From NCBI RefSeq assembly GCF_048593235.1, contig NC_133622.1, positions 243,912,055 to 243,976,054 on the forward strand: 64,000 bases of DNA, written 5' to 3'. Position 1 is the stretch's first letter. Every line of letters starts with the position of its first letter. The position numbers and the translations under genes are program-made. Positions 1-10,800 of the stretch are shown piece by piece. Under the pieces are notes generated by a model, which ran no database searches, was not told where the DNA came from, and saw only the letters and a program-made list of their open reading frames with translations. The stretch is from Sminthopsis crassicaudata (Eukaryota).

Positions 1-267
1 TAGAAATCATTTTCCCTCTCATTTGTTTCATCGAGCAAGGAGAGGCTGTATTCATGAAGCACCAGGCTGACCTGTGAGTAAAAAGATGGGGTTGGGGGGG
101 TGTAGAAGCCCCTTCATCCCACTGAGGACTTGGAGGTATTCCTCAATCTGAGCCTTGTTTTCCCACATTCTGAAGTTGGATTAGGAATTTGTGCTTGCGT
201 GTTTTTGACATTTTACCAAAAGGAACCAGCCTGCCTGGTGGAAGAATAGACTTCTCTTAGGGTTTCT

Positions 268-426
268 TTTTTTTTTTTTTTTCTTTTTCTTTTTCTGAGG
301 CTGGGGTTAAGTGACTTGCCCAGGGTCACACAGCTAGGATCTCTTAAGTGTCTGAGACCAGATTTGAACTCGGGTCCTCCTGAATTCAGGGCTGGTGCTC
401 TATCCACTGCGCCGCCTAGCTGCCCC
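268..426 (-). mobile_element. Young marsupial CORE-SINE (WSINE1-like)
   Basis: GGGGCAGCTAGG head, B-box GAGTTCAAATC, A-tail; degenerate 14-bp TSD at 254-267 and 427-440 (2 mismatches). Confidence 0.9.
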
Positions 427-500
427 CTCTCAGGATTTCTTACAGCAAGAGGCCTCATTTCTTTTGGCTTCTTCCTTCCCTCCCTCCCTTCTCTCCTTCC

Positions 501-594
501 TGTCCAGGGTCACAGCTTAGTTAAGTATCAATATCTGAGGCTGGATTTGAACTCCGGTCTTTCTGACTCTTTCCACTGTGCCAGTAGTTGCCCC
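501..594 (-). mobile_element. Older CORE-SINE head fragment
   Basis: CTGAGGCTGGATTTGAACTC motif. Confidence 0.7.
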
Positions 595-3509
595 CAGGCC
601 ATTCTAATAAATTCGAATATTTCTGAACAAAGAGACAGTGTAGTAGGAGAAAGAGTCCAGGGTCAGAAGTCTGGGCCAGAACTTCCTGGCTCAGCTCTGC
701 CCTAATTCTGGGCAAGTCACTTGCCCTCTCTGGACCTCGGTCATCTTTAAAGGGAAGGAGTGCGGCTGGCCAGCCTCTATGCTCCCTTCCGGGTCTGAAA
801 GTCGCTCAGCTTGTCACTACCTTCATTTGTAAAATTGAGTGGGGGACAAAAGTGTGCTTGCAGTCATCGTTCCTCAAGGGGATGGTCGGGGACTCTGTGG
901 CCTGGAAGTCCAGGCGCGCTGGTCCTTTGGCACACTTCTTTCTCTGGTCACCGCCCAGCCCTGGCAGCTGGGAGATACTTGGGAAGTCGAGCCGGTCGGG
1001 GTTCGGCTGCTGCCCTTTGGCTCTCTCATCTCCCCCTTCCCATGAGTAATAGTTGGTTTCCATTCCTCACCAAGAATAATACCTGGCTTCTTCATAGTTG
1101 TTCCTGGCTAGGAATTGGGAGTTTTGGGACAAGAGGGCAACTTCCTTAAAGATAAGAAAGCGCTTCTCTTTTGGAGTTTTGGAACAGCAGAGGCGCCTCC
1201 CAGTAGAGGGGAAGCTCTCTGCTTGGAGCCCCAGTGCCCCAGAGCTGCATCCGTCGTGACACCATCAGTCAGATGCTTCCACTATGCCAGGCATTGGTGG
1301 CATGTGCTTCGGTGCCCACCTGTTTCCTGCCTGGAGCAGCTTTTCTTCCTTTGAACCTCAGACAGGAAAAGTGGAATGGCAGATAGAGGGACTGGAATGA
1401 TAATTGATGATGATGGTGCTGGATAACAATGTTTCCTTGTTCCATTTAAGCAATTCAGTGTTCAGTGTGGGGCCAGGTGCTTTTTAAGAAGCATTCCAAG
1501 ATCTCTGGACACGTGCCCTTGTGTATTCTCACACTTGATTGGACAGCCAAGGGAACACAGATGCTTGGGAGAGATCCGGTGCCTGAACTCCCCGTGGCCA
1601 CATAGCGAGGCCGTGAGCGGCCCACTCCTCGCATCCCCCAGAATCCCAGTTCTATGCCGTCCGCTCCTTGTTTTGGCTCTCCTGGAGAGAGAAGACTTTG
1701 GCCAAGCGGGCAGTAGAACCCGTCCTCCTCTCATTCCATTTGGTCTTGCTTGACGGAGTGGGCAGAGAAACCTGTTTTTCCTGGGCTGGTGTAGGTCGAG
1801 GAGTCCTGTCGTGAGTCAGCCAGCCTTCTGGGCTAAGGCCGCTCCCCAAACCTCAGGAGCTCTGTGATTATTGCCACAGGCAGAGGACGAGCCCTAACAA
1901 CGCCTGTTCTCAGCCCGTGTCTCATCTCCCCTCTAAAAGGAAGCAAATTCAGACAGGCTGCTTGGGGTGGTCACCCGGGGCCTGCTGGGTACCATAGCAA
2001 CACGGCCCCTCCCCAGGCCAGGAAGGAGGTGTTGGGCGGAAGGGGCAGACCTGGCTCACGCACGCCCCTCCTTGGTAGGGTATTGTAACAGCGGGGACTC
2101 CGAGGCCTTGGCAGTCTGGGAGCAGGAATCCCGGCTTTGCCAAAGTGGGCTGACTGGCATCGGTGCTCTGGAGGGCTGCTTTCTGTAGGAGAATGGTTTC
2201 TCTTGGTGCCAGATTAGGATTTAGCCCCTTACACCTTGACTGGAACAGGTTTATATTTGAAGATATTCTGAGGGGAATAAAGTCCGTCATCTGGAGGAGG
2301 GTACCTAAAAGGTTTGCGAACTGGATGAGAGAATTCGGTTTAAAAATAAGGAAACCCAGTGATAAAAGGGATCAGGAAAATTGGCATATCCTCTTATTTA
2401 ATAACTGCCCAGGAACCTCAGGCCTCCTGAGAAATGAGGGAAACCCTTGTTTCTTTTATCAAAAACTTGAGAAAACCTGAATGGTCTCTGTTCCCTCCTG
2501 AGAAATGACTTAATCGTCCTTTCCCCCAAAACAAAGAGCATAGTTATCTCCTGTGGTATCCACAGGGATTGATTAATGTTTCCCTCCTTCCCCTTTCAGT
2601 TTTCTTTCTTAGAAAGAGATTACAGGAATAGGCAGCATGAGGGCCAAGTACGTCACCCTCTTTTCCCCAGAAACAGAAGACAGGGGACTTTTTGAGGGGA
2701 GGTTCCAATTTTGGGGGACTGGTTTCCCTCATCCTTTCCTCTGAAAGATGAACAACAATCCTTAGGGTGGAATTGAGTCGGGGTTCCTCCTCTTCAACTT
2801 TCCCATCCCTTCCCATCTCCATCAGCCCAGACCCTCAGGACAGAGGATCCCATTGTCCTTAATTTAGTGTGAGGTGCTTTCCTGGTGGGAGCAGAGAGGA
2901 CTGGACTGGAGCCCGCTGGACCCCAGAGGAGAGCAGCAGGGGAGACCCTTGGGGCTTTCTGAGGGCAAGTCGGAGTATGTCCTCCCGTACTTCCAGGGCC
3001 CCGGTCAGCCCTGTTCTTGGCTGTCATCAGAGCTTCGTTTCCTCAGGTCCTCCCCGAAAGCTTTTCTGGGGGGTGGAATGACTTCTTTGGGGGTCTCTTG
3101 CCCTCTGAGAAGCTTTCCCTTCTGTTGGTTGAGGGAATCCTCGGCAGCTCTGGATTAAGCCGCCGGGACCATCTGGCACCTTGTTCTCTCAGCGCCTTCG
3201 TTCTTTACTTCAGACCAGGCTAGGAAAAGGGGACAAGGACACGTGCTGCCCTAGTTGGGGGATTAAGCTTCTCGCCACAAAGTAGATTAGTGTATTATGC
3301 CGGCGTCTTCCACAAGGAAGGCCTCTTGAGCTCCGCAGCAGAGAGCTCCTTCCCTCAGGAAGGACGTCCCGTCCAGCGTAGAAGTCGGAGCCGGGTTCAG
3401 AGCCCTCTGTGATGCTTATGCCTTTGTGACCGAGGGCAGGTCACTAACGTTCTCTGTAAAATGAGATGGCCCAAATGGAAGGTGGGGGAAGGGAGCGAGC
3501 ATTTCTGGT

Positions 3510-3680
3510 GGTTTATCTTTACCCATCATGCTAATGCTTTTGCAGGGATCTCATTGATCTTCACAACACCCCTATGCACTGGGTATTTTGATTATCCCCA
3601 TTTTACAGTTGAAGAAACTAAGACAAAAGAGCCATTGAGGGAATTGTTCAGTGTCTGAGGCTGAATTTGAGTCCAGGCCC
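3510..3680 (-). mobile_element. MIR/MAR1-like CORE-SINE relic
   Basis: CCCATTTTACAGTTGAAGAAACTAAG core, CTGAGGCTGAATTTGA. Confidence 0.65.
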
Positions 3681-4722
3681 AGCCCTCCAGCCGCTGCGGC
3701 ACCCCCAGCTGCCTCAGAACCCCTAGTTCTTGGTCTCACCTGCTGGGGGTTCGGGCACAGAAAGCGGCCTTCCCAAGCTCTCAGCTGCCTGAAGGCTCTA
3801 GACAAAGGCGAGACTTAGGGAGCACTTCCTCAGGGAAGGAGCTGAGCCGCGTTCCCCATTTTGGGCACAAGTGAGGCCGTTCCCTTCCGGCAAATTGTTT
3901 TCAGTCTCTCGTGAGTCGGCTGGCTGGGCTTTTCTAGTTTCCCTGTCCCTGTCATTCAATTAGGGCTTCTTTAGTCTGAGCCTCATTTGCTCTGATTCAT
4001 TTTTAGGCCTGAAGAGTCTTGGGGGAGAGGAGGCAACTCCTTACTGTTTTGTCAACCTTCTCTTGAATAAAACTCTTGAAGAAACTCTGCGCCCCTGAGA
4101 GTTGAGTGGGAAGCGTTAGGCATCGGGGCCCAGAGTCGCCCGGGAGGGGGGGCAAGGCGGGAGAAGCAGGCGCAGCCGGAAACACTTGCTTTGAGCCCGT
4201 GTGCGAGGCAGGAGGATGTGCCTGGGATCCAGAGGCTAGACAGGGATGTGGTTGATGTCGATGCCATAGTTTCTTCTGCTTGGATAAGAGGGAGCCAGGC
4301 GTCTCCCAAAGGAATCATCCTCTGGTGTTTCTGTGCTCACTTTCCTTAGTGGGCAGAGAACAAGAGAGCCCACGTGGGAAAGGGTCGCCATGGGGGGATT
4401 CTCGGCCGCTCTCTGGGGAATCAGACCCGCTGGTCTAGAGGTTGGGAAATAGCAATGGGGATTTGAGAAAGGAAAGGGAAGCCTCCAACCAGACTTAGCG
4501 TGGTTCCGGGAACCGAGCCAAAGACAGTTCCCCTCCTGGAGTCATGGCAAGGCGAGCCCTCAATCTCCTTCGGTCTGCTTTGGAGACTGGTTGGCAAAGG
4601 GACGGCTTTCTCCCAGGGAAAGCTTTGTCGTACTCCTCGGAATGTGAGCGATGGGGCAGGCTGCTAAGGGACATCTGGCACTCACGGGGGCTCCTTCTCC
4701 CTTTTTCCCCTTCTCTGCCCAG

Positions 4723-4844
4723 GTGCCCAGGGTTGAGCCTGAATGTGTCACCTGCAGTGCCCATCTATAATGCTGTCATCTTCCTCTTTGTGCTGGCCAA
4801 CTTCAGCATGGCCACCTTCATGGACCCAGGCATTTTCCCCCGAG
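4723..4844 (+). CDS. ZDHHC5: ZDHHC5 coding exon (122 nt)
   Basis: cccag|GTGCCCA...CCCCGAG|gtaaga; [40 protein letters not shown]. Confidence 0.95.
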
Positions 4845-7800
4845 GTAAGACTTCCCCCTTCCTTTGGGGCAGTTCTCTGAGAAGGAGCACATTTAGTTCC
4901 CCTAGGTCTTAGGGGTTTGGAGATTAGGGCGTTTATTTATGGACTAGAAGCAGTGACGGGACTAGGGTTTTGAGGGACAGGTATTCCCAGCTTGTATTGG
5001 TGACCTTGGTGTGTGGCATAAGGCACTATAAATCTGGAGATCCTTTATGTTGGCAAAGGTCACTTCCTGCTGCCACACCTCCCCCACCCCTTTCTCCCTC
5101 CTAATTTCGTAATACGTGGTAGAAAGAACGAGTCCTTGGGCTGAGGTAGGGAGCGTTGTTCCCTAACGCCTTCATTCTTGGTTGAGGGAAAGTGATGTAT
5201 CAGACGCTGATTTTTGTAAAACAGTTGTTCCTCATGGAACATGTCGGCTGCCAGGGCAGAAGAGACCCACGCCGCGTTCTCGCTTGTGCTGGGCTCATTT
5301 AATGTCTCACCAGCGGGACAAGGATAAAGTATCCGAGGGATTCGGCAGAGGGACTTTCCCTGGGGACTAGGGAAGCCTGGAAGGCCCCGGCTTGGGAGCT
5401 AAGGCCGGAAAGATGGACCGGCTTTTCATTCATGGGATAGGGCGGTGGCTCCACCTAGAAAGACCGGGGGGAGCCAAGAATTGGAAAGGGAAACAACAAA
5501 GTCTGCTTGGAGGATGGGACCCTCTGAGCGTGGCTGCGTGGAGGAGCCCGCTGGGGAAGGGAGGCGCTTGGCGGGTCTCTTCCACTGAGCCCATATTTGT
5601 GGGGGTTCAGTTATCTTTCTCCTCCCTCAGCTGAAGAGGACGAGGATAAGGAGGATGATTTCCGAGCCCCACTTTACAAAACGGTGGAGATTAAAGGGAT
5701 CCAGGTTCGAATGAAATGGTGTGCCACCTGCCGCTTCTACCGTCCCCCTCGCTGCTCACACTGCAGCGTCTGTGACAACTGTGTCGAGGTAAGTAAGAGC
5801 CTTGCCGAGGAACGGGGTGCAGCAGAATGCCCTTCTCCGTGGCGGCTGTCTTCCCATCAGCTGGCAAAGCCCAGTTGTTTTATCCCCAGGAGAGAGACCG
5901 AAACCCTAATGTCCATTAGTCTCTGGGCTCTCTTGGCTCCGTCCCGGAGCCTGAGAACACCAGCTCGATGTTCCAGCTCGGTATCAGAGGCCATGATAGA
6001 AAATGTAAAATGTTTAAAGGTTTGCAAATCATCTCAGACGGGATTTATTTGCCCTCACAGCCATCCTATAAAGTAAAGGCTATAGAAGTTAATTGTCCAT
6101 AGTCACTGAACTAGCAGATTCAAACCCGGGCCTCTCTCCCCTCCCATCATTTCCTCTCCCCCCGTCTCTGTGGCACACGGCCATAATCGGGGTGCTCTCT
6201 GTACAAGAGGCAGGGGACAGTGATGTCTCAGACGGGAACATGCCCCCTGGAGCCCAGCCCCTCCCATGGAGATTCCAAGTCCCATCCTCTTCTCTCCTTG
6301 GATCTTTTGAAAACCTCTTCTTGCCTTCTGTCCATGGCTAAATTTCTCCCTCTGCCTCAGTTCTCTGATCCCCATCACAAGATGCTTCCCACTTGTCATC
6401 TTCCTCCCCTTGACTGTTGCCTCCTAGCCCCTCCTGTTTTCCTGAAGCTGCAAGTAGCTGCCAGCTCCTTCCTATACCTGCTTTCATCCAAACCTCCTTT
6501 CCTTTTGGCAAAAGGGTACAGGCTGATCCCTTGGCCGAGTCCCATAGCGGGTCAGCTGGCACGGCCGTTGTAAGGGAGAAAGCCACACCGGCTCCTTGAG
6601 ATTGAGCCACCGTGGCCTCGCGACAACTTCTCGAGCTTGGGGAAGGAGGGCTGCCTCGTTCAGAAGTGGTCTCCTGAAGTCCTGGCAACGCGAGCCCAAC
6701 TCGAGGCTGTGTCCCCTCCCTGTGACACGGGAGAAGGCTGATGGGCTCACAGCCAGATGTTCTGACCTTTTTGTCTTTGCCCCTAGGAATTTGACCACCA
6801 CTGTCCCTGGGTGAACAACTGCATCGGGAGACGCAACTACCGCTACTTCTTCCTCTTCTTGCTCTCCCTCACGGCCCACATCATGGGCGTGTTTGGCTTC
6901 GGCCTGCTCTACATCCTCTACCACATGGAGGAGCTCTCAGGGGTCTGCACGGCCGTCACGTATCCTTCCAGATGCTCGGGGTGGGGGAGAAGCGGCCCAG
7001 AGGCGGGGTGGGGGCGATGGTCCTGAGAGGGGCTCACGTCAGCTCATGTCACTTGAATGGTTCCCTTGACTCTCAGGCTGCAGCATGGCAGTGATGTGTG
7101 TGGCTGGCTTGTTCTTCATTCCTGTAGCCGGCTTGACGGGGTTTCATGTGGTGTTGGTGGCCAGGGGTCGCACAACTAACGAACAGGTATGAGGGATTAT
7201 GGGGAGGGGTTCCTGAGAGACTTGGGGCAAGGTTTTTCAGATTTTGTTATGCTTAGGGTTTTTTGTTTTTTTTTAATAGTATTTTATTTTTCCAAATACA
7301 TGCAAAGATAGGTTTCAACATTCACCTTTGCAAAACCTTGTCTTCCAGATTTTTCCCCCTCTCTTCCCCCCCACTCTCCAAAACAGCAGCAATCCGATAT
7401 AAGTTAAACATGTGCAATTCTTCTAAACGTCTTTCCATTCCTGTCATTACACTGAGTTTTTTGTCCTAACATGATATTGTTGATAAAAAGTTATATTGAT
7501 AGCAGGCCTTTTTCTTGGGGTGGTAGCCTGCTCAGCCCCATAAACCTCCTTTCTGAGGCTCTATCATGTGACTTGGCTCACAGTGATCTCCTCTCCACAG
7601 GTTACAGGTAAATTCCGGGGAGGCGTAAACCCTTTCACCAATGGCTGTTGCAACAATGTCAGTCGTGTGCTCTGCAGCTCTTCGGCCCCTAGGTAAAGTC
7701 TTCCTCTCCAGCTCAAGCCAGCGGGGTTTCTACTCCAGTGCAGGCTATGATAGGTGGGGACTGAATTCTGTAGTGACGTCTCCTCTTTGAGAGCCGGGTG

Positions 7801-10800
7801 GCTGTCGGGGAGAGATGGCTGCCCTAGAAGGTCACCCAAGACTTCTGCCTCTCGCGCTTATTTTGGCTATGGCCGTAACTTATGAATTGAGCTCTGTGTC
7901 AGGTCTCTCTTCTCTCAAATCCTACAGGTCCCAGTGTGACCTTGCTAATGGGAAGGTTGGTCTGACCACATCCCAGCCTTACTCCATATAGCCAAGCCCA
8001 CCCACCTTCACAACAGCCTTCCCAATCTCTCTGCTGTCAGCTTGGCTCACTCTACAGGATGTGGGCCCTTTCTCTGGCCATCCCCTAGACTTTCAAGGTC
8101 CTCCCCCCTCCCCTCTGCTTGGACTCCCTTGTTTCTGTAAAACTCAGGCTAGATTGTGTGCAGGAAACCTTTCCCCGGTTTTTAAGGCTGTTTTGTTTGT
8201 GCTCGGTGTCTCCCTGGTAGGAGATAAGTTCTTGGGGGCCAGGATGGTTTGATTTTTCATCTTTGAAACCCCTGCGTCCATCACAGTGCCTGGCACATAG
8301 TAGGTGCCTAATAAGGAAATGGTTGATTGGCTGGATCTTTTTTTTTTTTTTTTTTTTCTCTGTCGAGGGATCAGATTTACATTCAGTGAACTGAACTAGG
8401 GATTAGCCTTCAGCTGCCTCCTCTTAGCCTTTTTCAGAGACTGACAAAGGTTGGCTCAGCGCGGGCCTCTTCAGGGCAGGCCCTTGGCCTATGTTATTGG
8501 TGGCCCTCGCAGTGCCTGGCACGTGATGAGGGCTCAGAAAAGGATCTGTTGACCAATAGTTATCCTTCCTTTGAATACCAGGTACTTGGGGAGACCAAAG
8601 CGAGAACAAACAATCGTGATCCGGCCTCCTTTCCTTCGACCAGAAATATCAGATGGGCAGATTGCTGTGAAAATTATGGACAACGGTATTCAAGGGGAAC
8701 TCAAGAGAACCAAGGTGAGGGTCTGGGGCAGGGTGGGAAACCCTCACATATCATTTGCATAATCAACCCCAGGTGATCAGCTGAAAGCTGGGTATCAGCA
8801 GTGATAATTGTACATGGTCTGAGAATGATGTTACAAATATCCAAATGACCTTTGGGAGAAACAGAGTTTCCCAGTCTCCATCTATGGGATGGGAAGTAAG
8901 GTCAGGAGGGGAATCGGTTTCCCCCAGTGATGAGGGAAAGTTTGTGACATTCTGCCATCTTAAAATTACCTTCCTTGACCTCTAATGCTGGAGTGTGTCA
9001 TGGATTCGTTCTGGTGAAATTTACAGAACTCTTCTCAGCTCGTGAAGCTCCTTGGCACAGGGAATGAAGATAGACGATTCTTTTTTCTTTTCCTTGTTAA
9101 TTTTTATATTTAAATTCATTGAGAAAAAAAGAACAAAAGATTTTTAAAGGATGACTAGAAATAGAAATATTTATTTTAATATTAATATTTTAAATGTAAT
9201 TGCTTAAGTCAAGTTCTGGAAGCTAAAGAAGAAAGTTCAAAATATGTTGGTGAAATAGGAAATGGTTCAGTTTGGCTGGAGAGTAGAGCACCGTGCAGAT
9301 AGCATTGGGCAAGGTTGGCAAACAGTGCCCAATGGGGGCACCCCGTGAATGTCGGGCAGCAGTATTTGAACTTGAGTCAGCAGGCCATCCAATGAGGCTC
9401 CGGGAGAATGAGGAGTGAATGGGAGCGGGAAGAAGGTGGTAGCCGAGAAAGCTCTTGTGAGCACCTACTGCGCCAAGTGCCAGGGACCAGCACAGAGGCC
9501 ATTGAGACAGCCCCTGCCCTCTAGTGTCTTGTCCTCTTTTGGGGGAAAAACTGTGTGTGTATGTGTGTACATATGATAAACATATAATTTTTTTAAAATC
9601 ACCTTGTTTTTAATGTACATTTCTCTCCTTCCCTCTTACTCCTTCTAGAGAACTGCGTAACAAATAATTTAGATGCAGAGAAAAAAATCCAGAAGGGTCA
9701 CACAGATAGGAAGTGTTGGGTGTCTAAGGCCAGATTTGAACTAAGATCCTCCTGACCTCAGGGCCAATAATAGCATAATAAAAGCCTCTGAACTCCTCCC
9801 CCCAAATTTTGCAAACAAGGTGGGGTTGGTTCCTTCTCTCTTATTTGGGGCTAAACTTGTGCTTTCTTCAAACCCGGTGATCTTCTGGTCACTCCAAAGT
9901 GCTGCTGTCCCAGCATTTCTTTCTGATCGTCACCTTCTTGGGGTTTATGCTTAGCAGTAGACTCTGGGTGTAAGGATGTGGACATTTATTTTTAGCACTT
10001 TATTTGTGCAATTCCTAATTGTTTGTCAGAACGATGGTTCTAATTTATAAGTCTACCAGCATTGCCTAGTGTGCCATCTCCCTAACTCCTCTAACAGGGA
10101 CTTTGGGGATCTGTTGTCATCTTTAGCAGTTTGCTGCCTAAGAGGGAGAAGTTTTGATTTGCATTCTCTTACTCTTAAGTGATTTGTAGTATTCTTTCTG
10201 GGAGACTAATAATTCAGTTCTTTTAAGAATTGTCCACATCTTCTCGTTTAGTCGTTTTCAGTCATGTCGAACTCTTCTTGACTCCATTTGGGTTTGGAGT
10301 GATTGGCCATTTCCTTCTTTGGTTCATTTGGCAGATAAGGAAACTGAGGCAGCAAACAGGGTGAAGTAGAGGGTCACACAGCTAGGAAGCATCTGAGGCT
10401 GGATTTGAACTCTGATCTTTCCGTCTCCAGCCCCAGGGCACTATTCAGTGCTTCCACCTAGCAGCCCCATTTACATCTTTGCACTCCTATGGAGGAATGG
10501 ATTATAGCCTCACATTTCTGTGGTCTGCATCAGAGATTTTTGAAAAAACAACTTCTTTTTCTTTTTTGGTGAGGCCATTGGGGTTAAGTGACTTGCCCAA
10601 GGTCACACAGCCAGGAAGTGTTAAGTGTCTGAGGCCAGATTTGAAATCAGGTCCTCTTGATGTCAGGGCTGGTGCTCTCTCCACTGCGCCACGGCTGCCC
10701 CACAAAACCATTTTTTTCCTGGTTGATTGCTTCCCTTTTTATATTCCATGCATTTGTTTTGTTTGTGTGGAAGCTCTTCAATTCCATGTAATCACAATGG

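Noticed and set aside
268-426. tRNA-like A/B boxes as tRNA genes (also the other SINE heads)
   Set aside because: These are tRNA-derived SINE heads followed by CORE sequence, tails and TSDs; no cloverleaf or anticodon arm.
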